DNA of 64,000 nt from Eledone cirrhosa (lineage: Eukaryota): assembly GCA_964016885.1 (NCBI GenBank), contig OZ024747.1, positions 30,628,001 to 30,692,000 of the forward strand. Direction: 5' to 3'. The notes under the pieces were generated by a model. That model saw only the letters and a list, made by a program, of their open reading frames with translations, searched no databases and was not told the origin of the DNA. Each line of letters begins with the position of its first letter. Position 1 is the first letter of the stretch. Positions 38,490 through 50,161 of the stretch are shown in pieces. The position numbers and the translations under genes are program-made.

Positions 38490-40042
38490 AGAGTAGGTGG
38501 GTTGCCAATGGTCTGCTACATTGGCAGTGTGTCAGTGTAAATCAGGATGTTGTTGGAGATAAGTGTGTCTGAAATGATGCTGGTGCACTTAGTGTCACTG
38601 ATGCTGAGAAAAAGGAGGCCTGGAAATGTCATTATGAGAGACTGATGAATGTCGAGAATGAATGGGAGAGAGGGAAACTACCCCCATTAGACCCAACAGA
38701 GGGACCAGCTATTGAGATTGATGACTATAGGGTTCAAGAGGCTGTAGTAAGAGTTGCCTCCCCTGCCACGGCAATCGAATCACTGTTCTCTAGACAGGAA
38801 GTAGGTGGAGTTGCTTCCCTTTGGGATTGACCAAACTCCCTAGTGGTCACTTCCGGTCAACAGAGATAAAAGGAGCGATTAACCGCGAAATCTCTCTCTC
38901 GCCTCCTGATTCCTGAAGTGGTAACATCTTCGACCATAGCTGGTGATTCTTGCTGGACGACCCTTTCGTTACCAAGCACCATGCAGCTCACCAGCCTGAG
39001 ATGAGAGCGCCAAGACATTTCTACCAACTTCAGAATGGTATTATTGCCATCGGGTAACAACCCTTTACATTATACGCTTTTGACTTCTATGAAGTAAAAC
39101 TTTATCACACACACACACCAGTACTTTTTGTCTTTTATATTATGTTGCATGTGCACCGATATCTATTTCCTAAAAGGCAATTAAGGAAATGAAGAATGGT
39201 AAGGCTGCTGGACCATCAGAGATAGTTGCTGAGATGCTGAAGACATCAGGAGAAGTAGGAACAGAACTGCTTGCATGCATCGTCAATCAAGCTATATATG
39301 GCGGTGTCATACCCAAAGACTGGTGAAGCAATATACTTATAAATTGCTACAAAGGTAAAGAGGATGCTCTGGAGAAAAGCAATTATAGGAACATAAAACT
39401 GATGGATCAGGTTATGAAAGTGGCAGAAAGAATACTAGCACAACTAATTAGCGAAAGGATCAAATTAGAGGAGATGCAGTTTGGTTTTGTGCCTGGGAAA
39501 AGTTCAACAGATGCCCTCTTCTTTGTGAGACAGCTACAGGAGAAGTTCTTAGAGAAGAATAAGCCACTATACCTAACTTTTGTTGACCTAGTGAAGGCCT
39601 TTGATAGGGTACCCCGATCTGCCATCTGGTGGTCCCTAAGGAAACTAGGTGTAGAGAAATGGCTTGTGAGGACAGTGCAAGCTATGTATAGGGGTGCTGT
39701 CAGTAAAATGAGAGTAGAAATGGAGTTTAGTGAGGAATTCCAGATACAAGTAGGAGTGCATCAGGGTTCGGTCCTCAGCCCTCTCTTGTTCATTATAATG
39801 CTCCAAGCCATAACAGAGGAGTTTAAGACTGGCTGCCCATGGTAACTTCTCTATGCTGACAATCTGTTACTTATAGCAGAATCAGTAGAGGAGCTAGAGA
39901 ATAAATTCTGGCTATAGAAACAACAGTTGGAATCAAGAGGACTGAGGGTGAACCTAGCTAAGACTAAAGTGTTGTAAGTAGGAAAGAGGACAACACTCTG
40001 ATTCCATCAGGGAAATGGTCATGTTCGATATGTATAAAAGGA
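38490..40042 (+). pseudogene. Decayed RTE LINE RT region interrupted by a solo LTR
   Basis: MKNGKAAGPS, QFGFVPGKS, FVDLVKAFDRVP, GVHQGSVLSPLLF and LYADN. Confidence 0.9.
38743..39174 (+). mobile_element. Solo LTR (432 bp)
   Basis: TGTAG...CTAAA termini (CTACA expected) and a 4-bp TSD AGGC. Removing it restores the RTE frame VQEA-IKEMKNGK. Confidence 0.75.
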
Positions 40043-40596
40043 GTTAGTATAAATTCTATATTTGATGATGTTAATCAACTGTAAATGTTGATGATTTTTT
40101 TCTGCATGAAATAGTACCATGTAGGACTTTTAAAAACTTAGAGATAATATAAGTTTAATACTTATTCTATTTTTTTAGTCTGGTTATATTGCTCTCTATA
40201 TTGTTATATGATATTGGCAGTGTGCAATGATCTGAGGCTTTGGAGTTTTAGCTATAATTCTCTCATACAGCTATCATGATCCTTATATATAATATACAAA
40301 TTTTGTTTCATATATATATATATATGTATTGAAGTATATAGTATTGAAGTAAATGAGGTATCGTTTAAGGTAATCCAAGAAGACGTTACGAGTAATCTTG
40401 AATAATTAAGCTCTGGAAAATATATAGTTTTTAACCAAAGAAAATGAAAAAGGTGAAAGAATCTAATGATTTATCGACAGGTTTCATATATTAACCAAAT
40501 TACTTAATTAATTATACTACATTTTAAATTTATATTTATATTTAAACATTGAGTTCAATCTATGTCTGCAGCAACTGAATAAATTATTTCTTAAAT

Positions 40597-40921
40597 TACC
40601 CAACCTCCCATGGGTACAAGCTGAAGCATATAGACAATATGCCCCCATACCCTCCCACTGCAAAGTGGTCGTGGAGGTGCCACGGCAAAAAAGCACCCAG
40701 CCCACACTGTAAAGTGGACGTGTAGGCGCCACGGAAAAAAGTACCCAGCACTCACTGTAAATGAGGTTTGTGTTAGGAAGGGCATCCAGCTGTAGAAATC
40801 AAGCCAAAATCAGTTCCTGTATGAGCAAGGCATGGTCAGCAGACCAGACACTGCCCACAACAGGACAACCCATCTAACCCATGTTAGCATGGAAAAACGG
40901 ATGTAAAACGGTGATGATGAT
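40597..40921 (+). mobile_element. RTE 3' UTR-only copy (family 2)
   Basis: Matches 55270-55597. Confidence 0.88.
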
Positions 40922-41254
40922 ATATATAGTGTTTTAAGTCCCACTGGGTCTTCTCTAGACTAGGAGCCCATCCAGTTGAGACTCATCACTACACCTCACC
41001 TGGTTATTTCTAATGAGACTGGATATTTGGGATTCGTGAGCAAAACAAAGCCAAACCAAAAATATATCAAAGTTTTTATAAATAATATTTGAAAAACAAT
41101 GAATAATGAGACCATGATGTATATGGAAAATATAAATTTCTAATTACATCCTAAAGTTATTAAGTATATTGAAAACTCTCATTAAAGAACTATTTTCTAA
41201 AAGATACACACACATAGTAATGGACTCTTAACCCAGGATGAAGTCATGAGGTGT

Positions 41255-41525
41255 CTCAAACATGAAGCCGCATCAGGTCAGTGCTTATCCCAGTTTCCAT
41301 TGCATGAAGTCACTGAGAGTACAAGACTTCCCCCTTAGACAAGATGCCTGTTCACCACCGGGTTAAACCCTAAGCTATTGCTGGTACTAATTTTCAGCTA
41401 AATATACTGGAGCAACATGAAATTAAGTGTTTTGCTCAAGAACACAACACACTACCCAATTCAGAAATCAAATCCATGATATTATATTTGTAAGTCCAAT
41501 ACCCATACCATTAGGCCATGGTCCC
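41255..41525 (-). mobile_element. tRNA-derived SINE (family C)
   Basis: Minus head GGGGACCATGGCCTAATGGT and TGTGTTCTTGAGCAAAACAC core. Second copy at 57615-57818. Confidence 0.75.
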
Positions 41526-41967
41526 CCAGAAAGGAAAGGTATGCAATTAAACACCACAAGGTATTTTATCCATCGCTCTACCAATTCTACCAATCCACTA
41601 TCACAGCTCAGTAATATATTAAAGCTGATTCAAAGACCTATCTAGTCTGTCTCAGAAGATTGGACGTAGTGTGTTATCAAAAGAAACTATTATTTAAATG
41701 TATTATTTAGTTGAGTTGAAAACATTCTTCAAATTGGCATTGTTAATGTTATTGCTATCTGTTACTGTTGTTGTATCCATAGTGGAGTCTACTGATACTG
41801 ATGTCTATTGTTCCACTTGCCAAAAGGGAAATCAAAACTGTGGTAATAAATTGTTTTTATCTAAATCGGAAAGCTGTAAAGAAACAGTTGTAAGAAGGAA
41901 TGGAAGATTTTGATTTATAGCTAAAAATAGATCTAATTGGTTTATTCAGTACCCACATTATTTTACA

Positions 41968-42154
41968 CTTTTAGCACAAGGCCAGCAATTACTCAGTATA
42001 TTACTGGTACTTTGTTTTATCGACCCCGTAAGGATGAAAGGCAAAGTTAATCCCGCCAAGGTTAACTTTGCCTTTCATCCTTACGGGGTCGATAAAATAA
42101 AGTACCAGTAATGTACTGGGTAACTGCTGGCCTTGTGCCAAAAGTAGAAACAAC
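41968..42154. mobile_element. Fold-back dimer of SINE family A 3' halves
   Basis: About 83-bp inverted arms, 11-nt spacer, and a single 9-bp TSD TATTTTACA. Confidence 0.85.
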
Positions 42155-43264
42155 TATTTTACAGGAGCTTTGAGTCTTGTATGGGGAAAGTAACTACATG
42201 TAGGCTATTCTCAAGTTATAGATCTGGTTCAATAGTTCAAAGAAACAGGAGCAACAGAAAGCTACTCCACTCAGGAGTGGTGTGGTTAAAATGGGTGACA
42301 GACTAAAATAACCACCCAGCCAGCCAGCCAAAAATATTTATAGCTGATCTGATTGGCTTCTGCCCTGTTTCCATCTATTTAATTTCAAATATATGTCTTG
42401 AGTTTATTGTAGTAAACACTGGCCCAAGATGTTTCACAGCATGATTGAACACAGAACCATGTGATTGGAAATCATATCTTACAATAATACAGCCATAGCT
42501 GGAGAGAGAGAGGGAGAAGGAGGGACGTGGGGGTAATGAAATGGCATCAAATATATTATACAAATATTCAGATACATTTAATTGCAGGTGTGGCCACAAG
42601 TCTATTGGTTTGATATGTAGCAATGGATGAAAGAGAATACTTTGTACATGTGCAACTAGCTATACCAATGCACTACTTTTAACTGTTTCTAATTATGTAT
42701 TGATCAATTTAATTAAGTTTAAATGCATAAAATTTGCAATTCCTCTTCCCAAAACGGAACTCGGTAATTTTGTCTAAGGACAGGTTTCTTTTCATGTAAG
42801 CTTAAATTCAATAATTGCTATCTGAAATATAGTTACACTGTAGGAATGCAGTATGCAACAGAAAGTATTTGGGAGTGGTCAGCAAACATGCTGCTTAATT
42901 ACATAGTTGATGATGCACCAAAACCGGAGAAATGAGCGTTATCTTACTCTAATCTAAATATTTACTTAGTACACATCATATGTATTAGTCCCCTCCTCCT
43001 GCAACCAATAAAATTAGATAGAGTAATTTTGTAGGTTGTTTATGTTTAGTACAGTCAATCAAATTTATATTATTATTAATATTATGAAACACAAAAAATT
43101 TATCAAAATCGACAAGAGAAAACATTTATTCCAATTTTCTGCTTAATTCCAGGAAAAGCCAAATTTAAATATGGGAAAAATTAAATAAAATGATTAATAA
43201 CAAATAGTTGGCCTACCTATAAACACAGATGTAATTCTGCTTAGGTCATTTAGAGAGTAGGATA

Positions 43265-44380
43265 TGGTTTTTGATTTAGGCACAAGACCAACAATTTCTT
43301 TTTAAAGTGGGGTGGGAATCAATTAAATCAACTCCAGTGCATTACTGGTACTCTATCTTATCAACCCTGTAAGAATGAAAAGCAAAGCTCATCTTGGCAG
43401 GATTTTAACTCAGAACATAAAGGTATGTAACTATATGCCACAAAGCATGTTGTCCAATGCTCTACCAATACTGCCAATCCACTACTCTAATAATAATAAT
43501 TATTATTTCTCTTTAAATACTAGTAATAAAAATAATAATGATGGTTTCTGATTTAGGCAAGAGGTTAACAATTTTGAAGGAGAGAGAAATCATTTAAATC
43601 AACCCCAGTGCATTACTGGTATTTTATTTTATTAACTTCGTAAAGATGAAAGGCAAAGCTAAACTTGGCAGGATTTGAAATCAGAATGCAAAGGGACATA
43701 ACTGTATGCCAAAAAGCATATTGTCTAATGTTCAACTGATACTTACAATCCACTGCTGTTAATAATCATAATAATTGTTTATACTTTAGGCACAAGACCA
43801 GCAATTACTCAGTGCATTACTGGTAATAATCATAATAATGGTTTCTAATTTAGGCACAAGGTCAATAATTTTTTTGGGGAAAAGTAAATCGATTAAATCG
43901 ACCACAGAGCATTACTGGTACCATATTTTACTGATCATCCAAGGATGAAAGCAAAGTTAACCTTTATGGGATTTGAACTCAGGATGTAAAGGGAGGTAAG
44001 TATATGCTGCAAAGTATGTTGTTCGATGCTCTCCCAATATTGACAACCCAGCAATATTTTGTGATTTTTCTTTCAGCTCTCTGAACTCCAAGTTTAAATC
44101 CTGCCAAAGTCAATTTTTCCTTTCCTCCATTTGGGGTCAATAAATAGGAGGACTTGAATTCACAATGTAAAAATATAACTAAATATTGATTTCTAATTGA
44201 GGCACAAGGCTAGCAAAGTTTTTTTGGGTGGAATTAAATCAATCCCAGTACTTGACTGGTACTTTATTTTATTGACCTAGGAAGGATGAAATGCAATTTC
44301 ACCTCAATAGCATTTGAACTCAGAGAGCCAGAGGGAACACAACAAAGGTATTCTATTTGACACTCTACCAATTCTACCCA
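43265..44380 (-). mobile_element. Cluster of about 6 older family-A-related SINE copies separated by TAA-rich spacers
   Basis: TTTAGGCACAAG...CATTACTGGTA...GATGAAAGGCAAAG...GGATTTGAACTCAG recurs at about 43265, 43540, 43775, 43840, 44075 (plus strand) and 44188. Confidence 0.8.
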
Positions 44381-44845
44381 TAGATGAGATACTGAATATA
44401 GAAAAATTTGCTTTTTTCTTCTCAACATTTTAATCTTGAAATTGACAATTTCAATCTATTTATTTATTTATTTGGTTATTTATTTTTATTCTGTAAAATA
44501 CTAAAGAAATCTAAAAAAAGAAAATGTTGTTATTAATGACAATGATTTATGAATGTCTAAAGTTGATGACAAAAGGAAATAAAATAAAATAAAATAAAAT
44601 GAAAACTTCTTAATATCATAGCTGTATCATTTGAAAGAATGAGAGTGTAGCTCAATGTGAAATAATGTTTAATTCTATATAAAATAAGTGTCATTTGTTC
44701 AGCTAAGTTTGGAAGTAGATTTTTATTAATAGGTAGAGCTGCTCTACCACTATATATATACGTATATATATATAAATATAGTGGTAGAACACTGAGAGGT
44801 TATATCCATAGTAGTAGAGCACCCAGTCCATGGGATGAGTTTGGC

Positions 44846-45020
44846 AGAAGCTAGTTCCACAACAGTTAATGAACCATTGTCGAGGACACATGTTTCACCT
44901 TGAATATTTTTAACTTGAAAGAATGGGTTATAACCCATTCTTTTGAGTTGAAAATGCGCATCCAAGATGAAATGCGCATCCTCAAAAAATGCTTTATTAA
45001 CTGTTGTGGAACTAACTTCT
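44846..45020. repeat. Imperfect palindrome, about 85-bp arms, centre 44930/44931
   Basis: AGAAGCTAGTTCCACAACAGTTAAT...GAATGGGTTA|TAACCCATTC...ATTAACTGTTGTGGAACTAACTTCT. Confidence 0.85.
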
Positions 45021-45029
45021 ATATATATA

Positions 45030-45455
45030 TATCATCACCACCACAATTTCCCTGCTACCATGGGTTAGACAAGTTGCCCCACACTGTGAGACATGCCAGG
45101 TCCGATGACCATGACTTGCTCACACACGACTGGTTTTGGCATAGTTTCTAAGGCTGGATGCTCTTCCTAACACCAACCACATCTACAGTGTGTGCTGGGT
45201 GCTTATATATATAAAGGCAGAGCTTGGCTGAACTAAAGGAGAAGCTGGGTGAAAGAGGAATCTGAGGTGGTGTGCAGAAGAGAAGACAGCAGAGGTAGAC
45301 CATGAAAGACCTGGGCAGAGTTGGTGAGAGCTGATCTCAAATCGCTGCCACTCATAGAGGAGTTGATGAACAAACATGGTGAGTGGAGAGATGCTGTGCT
45401 GAGAAGAACCCATCCAACCCATGCAAGCTTGGAAAAATGTTTGTAAAAACAATGA
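45030..45455. mobile_element. Two RTE 3' fragments in opposite orientation
   Basis: Minus-strand GGATGCTCTTCCTAACACCAACC block at 45030-45200. Plus-strand GRP-like end and CCATCCAACCCATGCAAGC at 45210-45455. Confidence 0.65.
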
Positions 45456-45548
45456 TCATTGTATATATGTATATAGTTGAAAAAGGGTAAAAGTTCCATA
45501 CAAGTAAGTTCATAATCTGTAAGTGAAAAACCACAAGAGTATATTTAA

Positions 45549-46596
45549 CCCTTTAGCATTTAAACCGGCCGTATCCGACCAGAATTCTCTCACATGTTTT
45601 TGTTCAAACCGGTCGTAACTGGCCACTCGTACTGATGTTAAGATATTATTCTGAAAATAAATAATATTAAAATCTCATAGATTCGATATTATGTGAGGTA
45701 AAGTGTTTACTGTGAAAACATAACACTCTATCTGTATATAAAATTAAGTATATAAAATCTGTATATATATAAAATTAAGTATGTGTGTGTGTGTGTCTGT
45801 GTATTACCTATAGGGGCCTACATCTTACCGATTTTCATGAAACTTTACAGGCTCATAGATGACTCATCGAGGAGTGTTTTCTATATATCAGCGTATCGTT
45901 TTTTTTTATTCCGGGGTCATTCTGCAGATAAAAATCGATAGGGGGGGGGGGGGTCACCATTTTTTTAGGTATCGAAAAATAAGATTTTTGGCTCTAGCTC
46001 CCACATTTTGCCACCGATTTCATTCAAATTTTAAAGCAAAATAGAATTTATCATTGCACATGCTATAATGGCTTTATATTTTGTATTTGTTGTTCAGGGA
46101 CGGCGTGGCAGCCGCTTAAATATTCAAAAATACCACTTTTAGACTCAAATTTCCACTTTTTCGGCTCTACCTCCCACATTAATTAACCTACTTTGTTTGA
46201 ATTTTACACTACGCTTGATCTGATTATTTCACGTATTACAGTGGCTTTGCATTTTGGATTTTTTGTTGAGGAACGGCGTGGCAGCTGCTTAAATATTCAA
46301 AAATATCACCTTTTCGCTCAAATTTCCGACTTTTCGGCGCTAGCTCCCACGTTTTCCAACCGATTTCGTTCAAATTCGAAACTCCCTCCCCCAGCATTCC
46401 CTTTCGTCAGTCACCCACGTTTTGCAGTGATAGAGGTTATCACCACCCTCCCCCGCATGACCTGTGTGTGGCCATAGATGAGTCATCGAGAAGCAGTCAC
46501 TAAGATCAATACTTTTCATCAAAGCAGATATTATTTTACCTACCCAGGCAACACTGGGTACTGCTGCTAGTATAGAATAATGTAAATGCAAATGGG
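45549..46596. mobile_element. piggyBac-like MITE hosting a Helitron
   Basis: TTAA|CCCTTTAGCATTTA ... TAAATGCAAATGGG|TTAA. Confidence 0.75.
45731..46570 (+). mobile_element. Non-autonomous Helitron-like element
   Basis: A|TC 5' end, (GT)n, internal repeats, and CCCAGGCAACACTGGG hairpin + 8 nt + CTAG|T 3' end. No TSD. Confidence 0.8.
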
Positions 46597-46899
46597 TTAA
46601 AGATTTTTTTTTTTAATTCAACAAAATGAATAATTTTATAATTGTTACATGTGTTAATTGAATGTGAAAACAAACTTTAATATTTGATAAGATTGATATA
46701 CCGATTGAGACTGGTAGTATTTGACAAAATTTAAATTCACTTAATGTAACAATTATGGAATATTTTATTCTGTTGGATTAAAGAAGAAAATAATCTTTAA
46801 ATATAACACTGTGGTTTTCACTTTTACTTTTTACCTATATATGCATGTATGTCTATATGTATGTCTATATGTGTGTATATAAAAAGGGTAAAGGAGCTC

Positions 46900-47338
46900 T
46901 TAAGAGTCAATGGCCAGCCAAAATCACCGGGAGAGATGACCCCTTAGCCTTTGTCAAGGCAGAATTCTAGGAGAAGGAAAACTCTGATATAACACCTGCA
47001 GCCCTGATGGTATCCAATGATGTTGACTTGTTCTTCTTTTTGGTAAATATCATCTTGGTTAAGAGAGTGGGACTGGCTTTGTGCAGTGCCTTTGCTCACT
47101 ATAAAAGCTTCACGGCACAGGCATTGCTTTATATCTGGAGATCTCTCTGCACTTGTCGTCACATGGTACCATGGGCACAGCACTATGTGTCAATAATTGT
47201 CACAAGTGTAGTGTTTGTACCAGAGTTTTCAAGTCACTGGCTGGACTAAAAAGTCACACTCATTCAGCGCATCGGTAGGGGTTCTCCTACATGGATATAA
47301 AGTAGTGGCCGTACTCGAAAACGAGTTGGCAGCCACCA
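46900..47338 (+). mobile_element. Bipartite non-autonomous RTE derivative (5' UTR-like piece joined to C2H2 zinc-finger 3' end)
   Basis: CTAGGAGAAGGAAAACTCTGAT motif (RTE 5' UTR-like, from memory). 47201-47278 encodes HKCSVCTRVFKSLAGLKSHTHSAHR*. Confidence 0.6.
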
Positions 47339-48750
47339 TGTGTGTATATATATAAGAGAGGGAAAGAGAGAAGCTGAATCTCACAGTAAGTGCACGAGTC
47401 TCATTACACAGACATTAAAGAAAGAGTTAACATTGAAGACAGATTAAAACTCAAACCTAATAAGTTTGCAACAATTCCAACGCTATCTCTTGCAATCGTT
47501 GGGAAAATAGAAATAACAATACTTACTGACTAATGTTTGATACATTAAATAAGCATTTATATGCCTTATTTAATTCCTAAAGAAATCTAGTTTCTCCTAA
47601 GACTCCATTTACTATCTTGTACATATACAAATGATTTTTTTCAACACTGCTTCAGCAAGTATGGTAAAGACTGTGACTTGTTGATGAGGTCAGAATAATA
47701 CTGAAACATATCTAGGAAGTCTTTTGAACAGTCTGGAAAATGAAATGACTAATATCATTTCTTCCCATTCATCTCATATTTATTTTGGTCAACCTTTTTT
47801 ATGTCCATTTCCTTAAACCACAATCAAATGACATTTATTATCAACTATATTACTCTAAGATACTCAGTACATCTTAAATTTAATAAAGCTATTTTCTGCA
47901 TTAATTTCATAATAAAATTAAGTAGTGGGTGACAAGAATACTCTACTCTAAGTAGGATTATGTATATTGCAAATAAAACACCGTTGCTGTTTACAATTTT
48001 GAAATCTAGTTCATAATATCTCCATATATTCACTCTCTACTTTTCCCCTCTCACCTCCTCCACTTTCCGAAGAAGGACAAATATCCAAAACAGATTCTTT
48101 CACTCTTCATGTCGAATCATTTCATTGAACTCTTCTATGAACATTACTATGGATTAATTTTCACCATCCACCAATATATTTGGGATTCTGAATTCTAATA
48201 TAATAAATAGATCATGATGGTGATCAGAAATCACCATTACAAATTAAGTATCTCAACCAAAATAAAAATATGTATGGTAGACTTGAACTAAACACAAATG
48301 GTGTGTCAGTTGAATATTTTATAAAATTGAGAGATTGCTGGAAAATGTTGCATTAATCAAGTATATATACTTATTTGAAGGTAGCGAGTGAGTGTGTGGA
48401 GAGGTGGGGGAATAGACTTGCAACATAGCATTTATTCTAATGAAGTTCCAGTATCTTGAATGAAAGGACACTTTGTAATTATTCTTTTAATTCTTCAAGC
48501 ATTCTTTAACATGCAATAAATAAGGTAACTTATTCTAGCATATTTTTAATTTTTTTTACATTAATTCATTAATTAATTTATCATTGTGAATGAAATGTAT
48601 ACAATGTAGCAATGGACGATAGACAAAGCACGGAGTAACTGGAACAAAAAAAAAAAGTTATTTAATATAGGTTCGCTTCTTTGTCATTTTTGTTTTGTTT
48701 CACACTAAAGTTTTTATTTTCTTTGCAATGCTTTTGCTGTCGATCAATAG

Positions 48751-48802
<52 letters not shown>

Positions 48803-48808
<6 letters not shown>

Positions 48809-49240
48809 AAATAAGTAAGTCAAATATGTAAAATTTAGCTTCGTTTATTATAGATTATAAATTTACTGCTATATATTTACTGCTATATATATTTTGGTGA
48901 CAGCTATTATTCTGATTCCAGTTCCTCGGACGACTAAAAACACACCCGGGAGCTGGACATATCGATGTATTGACAGAGTGAAACACACTTCAACAACATG
49001 TGTACCTGTCTTTTCCACACCAATTCGGACTGCCTGAAGAGGTCACAGCCAATAATAGCTGTCACTGAAATATATATAGCAGTAAATTTATAATCTATGA
49101 TAAACAAAGCCAAATTTTACATATTTGACTTACTTATTTTATTTTGCATTACCCCGGAGTAAACAAACCAACCTGTGTACTTGGTCAAGTGCTCCAATCT
49201 GCATACTGAGGTGTCGGTAAACAACCAACATATACTCAAA

Positions 49241-49245
<5 letters not shown>
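48803..49245 (+). mobile_element. ORF-less PLE pLTR with inverted 5' partial copy, in (AT)n
   Basis: 48803-48910 is the reverse complement of 49052-49145. Contains a hammerhead. Confidence 0.78.
49029..49083 (+). ncRNA. Minimal hammerhead ribozyme (AUA site)
   Basis: ACUGC-CUGAAGA-GGUcACAGC-loop-GCUGUcACU-GAAA-UAUAUA-UA-GCAGU: perfect 5-bp stem I, 8-bp stem II. Confidence 0.87.
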
Positions 49246-49279
<34 letters not shown>

Positions 49280-49461
49280 AATATACATTTAAATATATAT
49301 ATACATATGTATATAAATATATATTATCATGTTAGTGTGGAAAAATGAACATTAAACAGTGATGATAATATAGATAGATATACACATATACATATATGTA
49401 TATATGTATTCCTTCCATATACTGTACCGATTGTGTTGTTATTTCTGTTTACCTTTTACAT

Positions 49462-49521
<60 letters not shown>

Positions 49522-49569
49522 AGGATGAATATAAAATGAAAGTGCTTTTGTCAAAAAAGGAATTTATTA

Positions 49570-49690
49570 GGTATTGACATATGTTTCTGTAACAGACCGA
49601 ATACCTATGTATCGCTGCTTGCGTAATCATATAATGTTAGCAAGTATTCGATAGCAAATGTATAATCAGTTGTCACTTCTTCAGAGATTT
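49570..49690 (-). ncRNA. Hammerhead-like motif with about 90-nt hairpin as stem II
   Basis: CUGAAGA (49684-49678), long imperfect hairpin, then GAAA-CAUAUG-UC. Stem I pairs poorly. Confidence 0.55.
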
Positions 49691-50161
49691 TGGATAAACT
49701 GGATAAAATCAGAAAAATTGAAGTATTTATATTAGTAAAAGAGGAAGGAACAGAGGGGATAGAATATGACAGATGGTAAAATAATTTACTGCTAAACAAG
49801 TATATAATGGGTTTTTAATGAGAATACCATGAGTATTAGTATCTAAATAAGAATTTTGGGGGTGCCGATTTTAATCTCTACTTGACCAACTGGACAGTGG
49901 ACAGGGCTGGTCATTTGGTGCAGTAGTATTAATCATAAAGTGTCAATTGGGGAAGGGGGAGATTTCGATTGCTACTAAATAACATCAATGCTAGTGGTCA
50001 GCTGGTATTTGCTCTAGGGAATTGAATCAAAAAATCAGAAATCTCATTTTATCTATAGCAGTTTGTATTAAAAGGTAAATAATAGAAGAGTTGATAGAAT
50101 TAAGACTAATAAAGAATGTTCATATCTATTTTGACAATCAAACGGGGATAGAGACAGGCGT

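Noticed and set aside
41698-41913. 71-aa ORF resembling a secreted Cys-containing peptide
   Set aside because: Short, in AT-rich DNA where hydrophobic N-termini arise by chance, with no recognisable family.
48060-48100. CCGAAGA-AGGA...TCC-AAAA hammerhead-like relic
   Set aside because: Both core boxes are mutated, so it cannot be distinguished from chance.
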